A stretch of 64,000 nt of DNA from Caldisericota bacterium (GCA_029548865.1 JAKPMO010000007.1:30264-94263), one strand, 5' to 3'. Positions 20,968-30,281 are shown, counted from the first letter of the stretch. A program made the numbers and translations. The notes: a model not told the origin generated them from the letters alone.

Positions 20968-22092
20968 ATGGTAAAAATCACAAAGGCACAAATCATTCGC
21001 TACATGCTCTATGCAGGAGCACTTTCAATCATTGCTGTTCTCTTTGTAATGCAGTTTGCAACCGGGCTTGATTTTGGATCGGCTTTAAAATCCCTTGGCA
21101 AAACAAACCTGTGGTTCATACTTGCCGCCATTGCAATTAACGTCTCTGCGTACTTTACAGAGGCCCTACAACTTTACCTGCTTGCCAAAACGCTTGGGAA
21201 AAAACCGAGCTTTTGGGGAATGATGTTGATATTTTTTATCGGCAACTTCTTTTCGAATGTCACACCTGCAACATCTGGCGGAAAACCTTTCCAGATATAC
21301 TTTTTACTCGATCAGGGTTTCTCTATTGCAGAAGGGACCGTAATGGTTATTGCCAGAGGAATAATATCTGTATCAACAAGAATATTTCTTGTCCTTGCAG
21401 TAGCTGTGGCAGTTTTATTTGGGTTTGATAGCAATCTGTCAAGTTTTATCGGGTGGACATTCGTTTTAACCCTGATAATGATGATAGCGCTGATCGCAAT
21501 GGGCATTGCCGCACTCCTCAACCCAAAGTTTTTTTCCTTCTTAATTAATATCGCCTCGCGAATTAGGCTAGTGAGAAAACTCGTCAAAGCGCCCACGGTT
21601 GATGAATGTATGGCAAAAGGCTACAGGTTCCTCGACTCGGTGAAAAATTCCTCAAAGATGATTTTCGGGGGGAACAAAGTTTATCTTACCCTGACAATTT
21701 TTACGAGCCTTGTCTCATGGTTCCTTCTGAAAACTGTTCCATATTTTGTTTTGCTTTCTTTTGGAGAGAGCATTCCGCTGATGATTGTTGTCGCAACATC
21801 AATAATATCGCAGCTGCTTACAATCTGGGTGCCAACACCAGGTGCCTCTGGCGGTGTAGAAATAGGCCTTGGAACTCTTTTCAGGGGGCTTGTTGCAAAC
21901 CCAGGAAATCTTTCACCGTTCGTGCTCGTTTACAGACTAATAGACTACCATCTAAACATGCTTGTCGGCTTGCCGATCGCCTTCTGGGCACTTGGCAAAA
22001 AAGTGAAACCAGTTATTTGTACACCTCAAAATGAGAATGAAGTCGAAACATCTGCCGGAGTTCCGGAATGTGAGGGAGGGACCCTGAAATGA
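20968..22092 (+). CDS. Lysylphosphatidylglycerol synthase TM (flippase-like) protein 2
   Basis: FFSNVTPATSGGKP, PTPGASGGVE, VYRL; preceded by TGnTATAAT. Confidence 0.85.
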   Translation: MVKITKAQIIRYMLYAGALSIIAVLFVMQFATGLDFGSALKSLGKTNLWFILAAIAINVSAYFTEALQLYLLAKTLGKKPSFWGMMLIFFIGNFFSNVTPATSGGKPFQIYFLLDQGFSIAEGTVMVIARGIISVSTRIFLVLAVAVAVLFGFDSNLSSFIGWTFVLTLIMMIALIAMGIAALLNPKFFSFLINIASRIRLVRKLVKAPTVDECMAKGYRFLDSVKNSSKMIFGGNKVYLTLTIFTSLVSWFLLKTVPYFVLLSFGESIPLMIVVATSIISQLLTIWVPTPGASGGVEIGLGTLFRGLVANPGNLSPFVLVYRLIDYHLNMLVGLPIAFWALGKKVKPVICTPQNENEVETSAGVPECEGGTLK

Positions 22093-22859
22093 TAGGTTTC
22101 TTTGATTCAGGGGTTGGTGGACTCTCCATCCTCAAAAATGCGTTAGAAATACTCCCAAATCACGATTATGCCTATTTTGGTGATGAGGCATACTGCCCAT
22201 GGGGCGAGAAACCAAAAGAGTTCATAATCGAGAGAAGCAGGCTGATTACAATAAAACTCATATCGCTTGGCACAAAAGCAATTGTGGTTGCCTGCAACAC
22301 AGCGACTGTAAACGCAATCTCCACGCTTAGAGCAGAATTTCCCAATATACCATTCATTGGCGTCGAGCCAGGAGTAAAACCGGCAACAACACTGACTGAA
22401 AGCGGCAAGATAGCTGTTCTGGCAACAAAGGCGACATCTCTTGGGGAGCGTTTTCTCCAGCTTGTAAACCTCTTTGCCCAAGACAAGGACATAATAATGA
22501 TACCCTCAAGTGGTCTTGTGGAGCTTGTGGAGCAGGGAAAATGCGAGGGCGAAGAGGTTGAGGAACGCCTCTCGGAAATACTGTTACCGTATATGAAAAC
22601 AGGTTTTGACCAGCTGGTGCTTGGGTGCACACACTACCCGTTCCTTGCCGGTGCGCTCAGAAAAATACTCCCCTCGAAAGTCAATATTATCGATACTGGC
22701 CCGCCAGTTGCCAAACAGCTTGCAAGGGTAATAATGCAAAACAACATACTGGAAGGCAATGGCAGGGTCAGTCTGTGGACCTCCGGCGATCCAGGGAAAT
22801 TTTGTGAACTCGCAAGTAAGTTGCTGGGTATCGAAATAAATAAGATAGAAAGGTTTTGA
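22089..22859 (+). CDS. murI: Glutamate racemase
   Basis: FDSGVGGLS, ACNTAT, LGCTHYP. Confidence 0.96.
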   Translation: MIGFFDSGVGGLSILKNALEILPNHDYAYFGDEAYCPWGEKPKEFIIERSRLITIKLISLGTKAIVVACNTATVNAISTLRAEFPNIPFIGVEPGVKPATTLTESGKIAVLATKATSLGERFLQLVNLFAQDKDIIMIPSSGLVELVEQGKCEGEEVEERLSEILLPYMKTGFDQLVLGCTHYPFLAGALRKILPSKVNIIDTGPPVAKQLARVIMQNNILEGNGRVSLWTSGDPGKFCELASKLLGIEINKIERF

Positions 22860-22920
22860 CATGGCACTTAAAGTGCCTAAGATGGTGATAGAAGTGCATG
22901 GGAAGGAGTGTGGCCTTTAA

Positions 22921-24570
22921 ATGAAGAAACTGACAGCTTTTTTGTTGTGTGCTCTGGTAATAATGCCGTGTTTTCAGACAGCCCTCTCTCAGGATGACAA
23001 ACTGATCGAGCTTTCTCCAAAAGAAATCAATATTGTCGCGAAGCAGGGTGAAACGGCAACAGCCACAATGGGCATCTTCAACAGGGGTTCCAGCTCCCTC
23101 CTGTTTTCGCTCTCAAAGTCCTACAGCAAGGCAAAAACACAGCCTCTGGCATCACCAGATGGAAATATGCTGGTGTATCCAAGTTTCCTGGATTTCGGCA
23201 CTGTACCCTCCAAAGGCGAGGTTTCGCAAACTGTTACATGTACAGCACCAACGGAACAATATCTCCAGGTCACGGCCTCAAGCGATGTTGAATGGATAAA
23301 ATGCCTCATACGCAATATAGACAAAACGGTTGTTTCTGTAACAGTGACCGTCAAGCTTGACGGAATGGTCACAGGACAGCTTTACAGGGGCAATGTCATT
23401 CTGGCTTCAAATGCCGGCCTTGTTCAGGTACCAGTCATTCTTCAGGTGGCGACCACAACAGTCAAGGACTGGCTTTCATACAACCCCACAAACGGCATCG
23501 TCTCTCCTGGCAACAACACTGGGATACAGATAAAAGCATCAGCAAAAGGCCTCCCGCCAGGCGACCAGTTCGCAACAATCATCGTTACATCCAATGATGA
23601 AAAACAGCCGGTCATTGAAGTTCCAGTCAAACTGACTGTAATCGCCGGTTCTCCTGCGCCATCCACGCCAGAAATATTCGTCGGCTATCCAGGAGATGGC
23701 AGGGCCCACCTTTTCTGGAAACCAATCGCATCACCAAACATTGTTGGTTACTACATATTCAGGTCAAACAACCCGGGGATTTATACGGATGTTGCAATAA
23801 CCGATTTCTATGTCACCGGCACACAATACACCGACCCAAACGTCACCAATGGCTTGATCTATTACTACATAATCAAGTCAGTCGACCAGAACGGCAACCT
23901 CTCTGATGCCTCAAACGAGATAATGGTCATGCCAAACCCGATAAAACCTGTCGTCAACCTCAAGGACGGCTTGGTCACAAGGACGCAGGTACTTGATGTT
24001 ACAGGTGTTGCCGAACCAAACTCGCAGATCATCGTAAATGGGGAACTTGCAATAATCGACCCGGATGGCAAATTCCAGGCCAAAACGGTGCTAAGGGTTG
24101 GTTCCAATACAATCACCGTCATAGTATTTGATCCGGGTGGCAACCAGACAAAATTCACATACAAGGTCAGCTTCTCCGCCTACACTACCGTGATCTTGAT
24201 GGTTGGCTCCAAAAATGCCTGGGTAAACGGTGAAGAGAAAAAGAATGCCCTGCCTCAGGCGCCAGTCATCATAAGCGGCAAGACATTCGTTCCTTTCCGC
24301 TTCCTTGGCGAAAGCCTGGGGGCAGACATCGGCTGGGACGACCAGACCAAGAAAGTCACATACACGCTTGAGGGCAAGAAAGTCGAGATGTGGATTGGCA
24401 AGACAACCGCATCCGTCGACGGAAAACCGGTTTCAGTCAACCCTCCGCCACAAGTCATTGGTGGCTCAACATTCGTCCCGACAAGGTTCATAACAGAGGC
24501 GCTTGGCGCATCCATTGAATGGAAAGCGGCAACCAAAACAGTAGTGATAACATATCCGGCAAAACCATGA
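22921..24570 (+). CDS. Secreted Ig/BACON-Fn3 protein with C-terminal copper amine oxidase N-terminal (stalk) domain
   Basis: Signal peptide; Fn3 GYYIFRS..YYYIIKSVD; TFVPFRFLGESLG, TFVPTRFITEALG. Confidence 0.85.
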   Translation: MKKLTAFLLCALVIMPCFQTALSQDDKLIELSPKEINIVAKQGETATATMGIFNRGSSSLLFSLSKSYSKAKTQPLASPDGNMLVYPSFLDFGTVPSKGEVSQTVTCTAPTEQYLQVTASSDVEWIKCLIRNIDKTVVSVTVTVKLDGMVTGQLYRGNVILASNAGLVQVPVILQVATTTVKDWLSYNPTNGIVSPGNNTGIQIKASAKGLPPGDQFATIIVTSNDEKQPVIEVPVKLTVIAGSPAPSTPEIFVGYPGDGRAHLFWKPIASPNIVGYYIFRSNNPGIYTDVAITDFYVTGTQYTDPNVTNGLIYYYIIKSVDQNGNLSDASNEIMVMPNPIKPVVNLKDGLVTRTQVLDVTGVAEPNSQIIVNGELAIIDPDGKFQAKTVLRVGSNTITVIVFDPGGNQTKFTYKVSFSAYTTVILMVGSKNAWVNGEEKKNALPQAPVIISGKTFVPFRFLGESLGADIGWDDQTKKVTYTLEGKKVEMWIGKTTASVDGKPVSVNPPPQVIGGSTFVPTRFITEALGASIEWKAATKTVVITYPAKP

Positions 24571-25025
24571 GACCAGACAAACCAACATATTTCATGATGA
24601 TAACAGACATCGTTGCCAAAAGGTCAACATGTCTCAGGCGCCAGGTCGGCTGTGTGCTGGTGGATTCAGACGGCAATATAAAAGCAACTGGCTACAACGG
24701 CGTTGTGGCAGGAATGACCCACTGCGACACCTGCCAGAGGGAACTCCTGGCTTCCGGATCAGACCTCTGGCAGTGCCCGGTCATCCACGCTGAAATCAAC
24801 GCAATCTCGAGGTATGAGGGGCCAAGAAAAGACATTACCCAGATTTTTTGCACGACACTGCCGTGTTTCCACTGTGCAAAGGTCATTGCAAACACCTTTC
24901 CAAACCTTGAAGAGCTCCATTACCATGACGACTACCCGCACAGCGAGCTGATCAAGGAGGTCTTCATCAACAAAGGCATCAAGCTAATGCTCCACAAGGA
25001 CGGCGAGGTGGAGGAGGCGAGATAA
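24567..25025 (+). CDS. dCMP deaminase / ComEB-like cytidine deaminase
   Basis: RSTCLRRQVG, TGYNG, HAEIN, PCFHC; ATGA overlap with the upstream gene. Confidence 0.9.
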   Translation: MRPDKPTYFMMITDIVAKRSTCLRRQVGCVLVDSDGNIKATGYNGVVAGMTHCDTCQRELLASGSDLWQCPVIHAEINAISRYEGPRKDITQIFCTTLPCFHCAKVIANTFPNLEELHYHDDYPHSELIKEVFINKGIKLMLHKDGEVEEAR

Positions 25026-25041
25026 AAACACCAAATAAAAA

Positions 25042-26376
25042 TCAGATCGAATATCTCATGCTCATATCCGCATAGAATTTAAGATATCCTGCGATTTGCT
25101 CCGGTTTCTTAAAACAAGCAGGTTCGCCTAGGTCTCCCCTTTCAGAAAAGCTCTGGGCCACACATCCCCCAGCACAACTGGGGACAAGCGGACATTCAAG
25201 ATCCAGGCAACGCTTGACCTTTGAGATCCTAGCATCAATCCACATTTTTTCTTTCATGCAGTCAATAGGAGCACTGAAATTTACATTTCCTATCTCAAAG
25301 CCTTCTCTCCCAATAAATTCCCAACAAGTCCCGATTGCGCCATCGGGCGATACTGTATAAAAACCCTTCGTGCCAACACCACAAAGATTTGACAACACAA
25401 GATTTTTTATGTATTTTCTTATGTGCTTGGCTCCCCCGCAAAAACCATAAGCATTGATCAGCTCAATGATTCCGGTTATCTTTTCAAAGTAGCTATCAAT
25501 AGATAGGCATTTGCTTTTGTATCCAAGAGACTCCGGCGTCATATGGACAACAGGATATGCATAAACACGCAAATTCTCATGATTCGAAAAACCCCTTTTG
25601 TCCAAATCCATTAAAAGGCCTTTCAGTGAAAAGGCGTTCTCCAGATCAATATTTACCCTGATCTCAATATTTGGGATCTTTCTATTGATTGCTTCCCCTA
25701 TTCCATTCACAACATCTTCGTAGGATGGTTTTCCACCTACATAGAACCTTTTTGAATCATGATTCTTTTTATCCCCGTGGATTGTCACCTGTATCCTTTC
25801 CAATGGCACAGACTTCATGAATCCACCAAGCTTTTTCCTCAGCAACGACCCATTGGTGGTCATTCTCGGAGATATCTTTACTGAAGGATTTGTTTTTGAA
25901 ATTTCCTCATAAATATATCGAAAATGATCAGGAAACAAAAGAGGTTCCCCGCCATAGCAGGCCATGATAAAATGACCGATGTTAAACTTTTTCAGATGGC
26001 CCTGAATGAATCTGACCAGATTTTTTAATGTCCCTTCATCCATGATGCGATCATCTCTGGCCTCATAACAGTACGGGCAAGCAAAATTGCATGCAAAAGA
26101 TGGAGCTATCGTTATATCAAGGGTATCATTTTTCCATGTTTCTCTGGAAAATTTTTCAATCAGAAAGGATTTCTCATCAAAATTTTCGTCAACCAAAAAG
26201 AACGCATTTGACAATTCCTTGCAAGTTTTCTCTTCTTCCGGTAAGTTGCCACTGTTTATGAGACTGATCAGCCTCTTATCAATTATAATTATGGAACCGG
26301 ATATTGTAGACATCAAAACGTATTTATTTTCATCCAATTCTTTGGCAATAATAAATTTTGAAAACCTAAGACCCAT
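25042..26376 (-). CDS. Radical SAM protein with SPASM domain and probable N-terminal RRE (peptide maturase)
   Basis: CNFACPYC, YGGEPLL, TTNG; SPASM Cys CGVG..DGAIGTCW and CLDLECPLVPSCAGGC..C; RBS GAGGAG before ATG 26376. Confidence 0.92.
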   Translation of the reverse strand: MGLRFSKFIIAKELDENKYVLMSTISGSIIIIDKRLISLINSGNLPEEEKTCKELSNAFFLVDENFDEKSFLIEKFSRETWKNDTLDITIAPSFACNFACPYCYEARDDRIMDEGTLKNLVRFIQGHLKKFNIGHFIMACYGGEPLLFPDHFRYIYEEISKTNPSVKISPRMTTNGSLLRKKLGGFMKSVPLERIQVTIHGDKKNHDSKRFYVGGKPSYEDVVNGIGEAINRKIPNIEIRVNIDLENAFSLKGLLMDLDKRGFSNHENLRVYAYPVVHMTPESLGYKSKCLSIDSYFEKITGIIELINAYGFCGGAKHIRKYIKNLVLSNLCGVGTKGFYTVSPDGAIGTCWEFIGREGFEIGNVNFSAPIDCMKEKMWIDARISKVKRCLDLECPLVPSCAGGCVAQSFSERGDLGEPACFKKPEQIAGYLKFYADMSMRYSI

Positions 26377-26394
26377 AATCTCCTCTATAGACTC

Positions 26395-26442
26395 AAAAAA
26401 TATTGGGGGAGACGATTGACTATTTCTCCCCCAATATTTTTT
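26395..26442 (-). terminator. 18-bp perfect hairpin between precursor and rSAM genes
   Basis: AAAAAATATTGGGGGAGA-12 nt-TCTCCCCCAATATTTTTT. Confidence 0.7.
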
Positions 26443-26455
26443 TAAACACCAACCA

Positions 26456-26644
26456 TCAGACCATTGCATTATTGGTCCAGCACCTATAATTTGGGCACGA
26501 GCAGACTTCCATGGTAGCAGGATTGTAGTTTTGTTGGTCAATCCAGACAACTGACAAACCAGAAATGGGTTCCATGATTTCTGTATTAACAAGGCCACTT
26601 TCAACCGATACCTTTATCGAGTTTATATTGTGCTGATATGGCAT
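26456..26644 (-). CDS. Putative RiPP precursor peptide (62 aa, Cys-rich C-terminal core)
   Basis: Strong RBS GAAAGGAGGTGGAGG; directly upstream of and co-oriented with the rSAM/SPASM gene; core VCSCPNYRCWTNNAMV. Confidence 0.75.
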   Translation of the reverse strand: MPYQHNINSIKVSVESGLVNTEIMEPISGLSVVWIDQQNYNPATMEVCSCPNYRCWTNNAMV

Positions 26645-26927
26645 CCCTCCACCTCCTTTCTGCTCAATTGAGTAGCATCGTATTATTTGACATCAAGAAT
26701 TGATCGTTAAATCAAATTATCCATTATGATAATTATTTGAATGGTTATTTTTAACCTTTTTAATATTCCAATTTTTTTATAATCAGTTTTTTTGAAAATA
26801 CCCAAAAAAGTTGATCAGGAAACTATTGCATCAGTATCATACCGAATACCTGACTTTTTACTATAAATCGTAGTATTAGAAATCATGGCGATTTTATCAA
26901 TAAAAAGTCAGGAGGAATTTTTGTAGA

Positions 26928-27710
26928 ATGAAACAAAAAAGGTATGCACTCATCCGTCATCTCTCCCAAATTGGCTTTGTACTTCTGATTCTGTATTACA
27001 CTCTGGGGCGATTTATTTTTCCTGGGGTCAGGGGAATCGAACTACACGGAATCTGTCCCTTTGGTGGGGTAGAGACGTTGCCAACATTTCTTGCTTCTGG
27101 GGGTCTAAAGTTTGTCCATGAAACAGGCCTGTCAAACTTTGCCATGCTGGCGGCACTTCTGCTTGCCGTGCTGGCGTTTGGCGGGGCGTTCTGTGGCTGG
27201 GTGTGCCCTGTGGGTTCGGTCACGGAATGGCTTTTCATGCTAAGAAGGGTATTCTGGAAAAAGAGAATAATTGTTCCAGAAAAATTGCACAATGTTCTGG
27301 TCTGGTTCAGGTACGTCGTCCTTGCCGCCATCCTCTACATGACCTTCTCAATTGGCTTTCTGGTGTTCGGCACAGTCGACCCGTTCCTGAATCTTTTCTC
27401 GTTTGGCAGGGTGTTTGCCGTTGGCCTTGTCGTCCTGGTGCTCATCCTGATCGGCTCGATGTTTATCGAAAGGTTCTTCTGCAGATACCTTTGCCCGCTT
27501 GGCGCAATCATTCTCCCGTTTGCAAAGCTCTCGGCAACAGGCGTTGTGCACTCAAATGAAGATTGCACGTCATGCAAGGGGTGCGAAGAAGTCTGCCCAA
27601 AACAGATACCAATCAGCAGGCAGACAAAAATAGACAGGGGCCAGTGCATCAGCTGCATGAAATGCGTTGAAGAATGCCCGACGGCCCTCAGCTTCAAGAT
27701 TGGATGGTGA
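26928..27710 (+). CDS. Membrane 4Fe-4S binding protein (NapH/MauN-like)
   Basis: CPFGG, FCGWVCPVG, FCRYLCPLG and two CxxCxxCxxxCP motifs. Confidence 0.9.
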   Translation: MKQKRYALIRHLSQIGFVLLILYYTLGRFIFPGVRGIELHGICPFGGVETLPTFLASGGLKFVHETGLSNFAMLAALLLAVLAFGGAFCGWVCPVGSVTEWLFMLRRVFWKKRIIVPEKLHNVLVWFRYVVLAAILYMTFSIGFLVFGTVDPFLNLFSFGRVFAVGLVVLVLILIGSMFIERFFCRYLCPLGAIILPFAKLSATGVVHSNEDCTSCKGCEEVCPKQIPISRQTKIDRGQCISCMKCVEECPTALSFKIGW

Positions 27711-27715
27711 AAAAA

Positions 27716-27991
27716 ATGAAAATAAAGCCTTATATCGCAGGAATCCTTTTTGTTGTTCTTTTCATCGGATTGATCCAGCTGGCACAAGGTGTTGGTTTCT
27801 GGAGCTCCAGGGAACATGGCGAAGGAAGAGGAAGGCCGCCAGAAGGTTTCCAGAATGGCCAGGAATTCCAGATGCCGCCTGGTGAAGAAGGTGAAGAGAA
27901 CGAGGAAGGCGAAGGCAATCAGTATAGATACAGGATCCGCAACGAGGAGGGGGAAACAGAGGAAGGCGAGGGGCTCGAAGGACAGCCGTGA
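27716..27991 (+). CDS. Small membrane-anchored Glu/Gly-rich hypothetical protein
   Basis: N-terminal TM helix and acidic low-complexity tail; follows the upstream stop by 5 nt. Confidence 0.55.
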   Translation: MKIKPYIAGILFVVLFIGLIQLAQGVGFWSSREHGEGRGRPPEGFQNGQEFQMPPGEEGEENEEGEGNQYRYRIRNEEGETEEGEGLEGQP

Positions 27992-28036
27992 CGATGTAGG
28001 AAGTGCTCAAACCAACCAAAAGGGGCAATTTGCGGA

Positions 28037-28079
28037 CTCACGGTCCAGCCATGTTTTTGTGTTGGACCGTGAGGTTTTT
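28037..28079 (+). terminator. Hairpin terminator between convergent genes
   Basis: CTCACGGTCCAGC...GTTGGACCGTGAG followed by GTTTTT. Confidence 0.6.
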
Positions 28080-28086
28080 ACAAAGA

Positions 28087-28530
28087 TCAGCCGTTTTTCT
28101 CTATGGCCTCTAGCGTCACCAAAAGACTCTCTATGAGTTCAATAATTATGGTGTACATGACAAATAGCCCATATGATAAGGCAAAAATGGTCCATGCCAT
28201 TTCCATGAAAGTATGGCATTTAATACCATGGAACAGATAGGCTAGAGTGAAATCAATTGATAATACAACAAATCCGCAAACAAGCCTTATAAACCAGCTC
28301 CTGGAATAAAAAGATGCTGGATTTTTTTCAATCTTTTTTTTGAAAGTTCGTTTGTACAAATAATAAACTGGGCGGCTGAGCAAAATGGCAAGCAGTACAA
28401 TGCAAGGAAATTCTCCCGTTCTAATATAAGCATATACGTCATCGTTGCTAATAGTAAAATAACACAATCGCAAGAATACTATTAATGCAATCAGCAATAA
28501 AATGCTTAGAAGAAGGATTTTTTTCCACAT
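28087..28530 (-). CDS. 4-TM hypothetical membrane protein, paralogue A
   Basis: FYSRSWFIRLVCGF motif shared with the two neighbouring ORFs. Confidence 0.7.
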   Translation of the reverse strand: MWKKILLLSILLLIALIVFLRLCYFTISNDDVYAYIRTGEFPCIVLLAILLSRPVYYLYKRTFKKKIEKNPASFYSRSWFIRLVCGFVVLSIDFTLAYLFHGIKCHTFMEMAWTIFALSYGLFVMYTIIIELIESLLVTLEAIEKNG

Positions 28531-28609
28531 GTTATTTATTATACAAAATATTCTCTTTTAAGGAATAGATATAATACCTGCAATAAAAGGAGGGGATTCA
28601 AAAAGACAT

Positions 28610-29023
28610 TTAATTATTCTTTTTCATCTCCAAATAAATCAACTCAAGAACTCCAACAAAGAAAATAAACGATCCGTATGATGCCGCAAAAGCAATCAAG
28701 GTTGTATCGATACTTGTTTGCTCAAAGCCATCAAATAACGGATAGATCTGGAACAGATCAAACGCAATGGTAATAAATCCACAAACGAGTCTAATAAACC
28801 ATCTTCTGGAATAAAGCGGCACGTGGCCTTGTTCGATTTTTACATTAAAAATTAGCCTATACAAATAGTAGATGGTAAGATACACCGTAATCAAAAGGAC
28901 GACAGAAAGGATATCCTTAAGGCTTATGTGGGATGCCGGTTTGAAGATAAAAAAATAAGCAATTACAAGTGCTAGTGTCAAAAATATCGAGAAAACATAT
29001 TGAAAGATTTTTTTCTTCCCCAT
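28610..29023 (-). CDS. 4-TM hypothetical membrane protein, paralogue B
   Basis: EQGHVPLYSRRWFIRLVCGFITIAFDL. Confidence 0.7.
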   Translation of the reverse strand: MGKKKIFQYVFSIFLTLALVIAYFFIFKPASHISLKDILSVVLLITVYLTIYYLYRLIFNVKIEQGHVPLYSRRWFIRLVCGFITIAFDLFQIYPLFDGFEQTSIDTTLIAFAASYGSFIFFVGVLELIYLEMKKNN

Positions 29024-29121
29024 GTTTTTATTATATAGAATATTCTTCTTTTATAAAGTAGGTGTAAGATTCAGATTTGTAATAAAAAATAAGGGGATCA
29101 AAAATATTTTAGTTATTTTTC

Positions 29122-29532
29122 TTATTTCTCCCAATAAACCAACTCAAAAGCTCCAACATATAGAATAAACAAAATATAAATTGTGACAAAAACAATCAAA
29201 GTCCTTTCGATATACAAGTGCTTAAAACCATTAAATAGTGGATGGATAAAAAATAAATCAAACGCAATAGTAATAAACCCGCAAACGAGCTTGATAAACC
29301 ATCTTCTGGAATAAAATGGCACGTGGCCTTGTTCATCTTTTATCTTGAAAACTACTCTGTATAAACAGTAAATTGGGAAATAAATCATCATGGCAATAGT
29401 AATAAAAAAGACATTTTTTACGCAAACTTGGAGAAACATGAGGCAAAGTGCGAAAAGGAAATACCTAATAAGATAAAGTATTAATATCGAGATTACAATA
29501 AAAGCACTTATAACAAGGATTTTCTTCCACAT
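29122..29532 (-). CDS. 4-TM hypothetical membrane protein, paralogue C
   Basis: EQGHVPFYSRRWFIKLVCGFITIAFDL; starts MWKKIL as in paralogue A. Confidence 0.7.
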   Translation of the reverse strand: MWKKILVISAFIVISILILYLIRYFLFALCLMFLQVCVKNVFFITIAMMIYFPIYCLYRVVFKIKDEQGHVPFYSRRWFIKLVCGFITIAFDLFFIHPLFNGFKHLYIERTLIVFVTIYILFILYVGAFELVYWEK

Positions 29533-29669
29533 GTTTTTATTATAAACAAATATACATTTTTTAAAAGCGCGTATCACATCACTGATATCAATAATTCTCT
29601 TGAATTTTCATGCTGTTTACCCAAGAAATTGGTAATCTTTGATTGTATGAAATCTACAAATATTTTTTC

Positions 29670-30281
29670 CTAAGCCTTCTCCACTGGCTGTCTGATGGCA
29701 GTCCTCAGCTTCGCAGGGTCGGCCTTCCTGGGGTCACCGAGGTATATCTCGTGGTGTTTGCCGCGTGGCTTCATTCCGCCTCTGTCAATGAATTCGTGGA
29801 GCGCAGCTATTGTTGGCCCCTCGGCAGAATACGGCCCGATGTACATTATCTGGGCCGACGGCCCCTCCCTGAACGCCTCAAACCTTGCCTTCCCAAGTGA
29901 CGGGTTGGGCTTTTTCTTTTTCACCTCGGAGAGCGTTGCTTCATAATGCTCCCTTGTGATGAAATCCGGTTGCATGATCATGGCCGTCCAGAGCCAGTTT
30001 GATTTGTTCCCCTCCAGAAAGTCGTCCATGTTTTCAGCCCACCACAGGCCCTCCAGCACCATGACCGTGTAGTCCTTTTCCAGCACTTTTTTGGCCATGA
30101 ACTTGAGGGTGTAGGAGAGCGAATAGAGCACCTGCATGGCGTTCTGGTATTCCTCGGACGTGTTCGGGTCGCCCTTTCCGTCCACCATGATGAAGTTGAA
30201 TTGCGGAACTTCCACCATCACCGGCGTTTTTGGCGGGTTGTAGAGGCCCGCAAGCTGTTTTTTGAGGTCGATTTTTTCCAC
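29670..30281 (-). CDS. GyrI-like small-molecule-binding protein
   Basis: MVDGKGDPN, LEGLWW, HHEIYLGDPR; RBS GGAAGGAG plus GTG start. Confidence 0.88.
   Translation of the reverse strand: MEKIDLKKQLAGLYNPPKTPVMVEVPQFNFIMVDGKGDPNTSEEYQNAMQVLYSLSYTLKFMAKKVLEKDYTVMVLEGLWWAENMDDFLEGNKSNWLWTAMIMQPDFITREHYEATLSEVKKKKPNPSLGKARFEAFREGPSAQIMYIGPYSAEGPTIAALHEFIDRGGMKPRGKHHEIYLGDPRKADPAKLRTAIRQPVEKA

Noticed and set aside
26420..26458. Selenocysteine read-through of the precursor TGA, with the hairpin as SECIS
   Set aside because: The hairpin is a perfect A/T-tailed terminator-like stem, the read-through tail (WLVFKKILGEK) is uninformative, and the TGA is not in a Cys-like position.
26377..26604. 76-aa N-terminal extension of the rSAM ORF in the supplied track
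   Set aside because: It runs through the precursor gene and the hairpin. A good RBS precedes ATG 26376.
28087..29544. Integron cassette array or CRISPR-like repeats
   Set aside because: No integrase, no attC-like palindromes and no short regularly spaced repeats. The similarity extends through the coding sequence, indicating tandem duplication.
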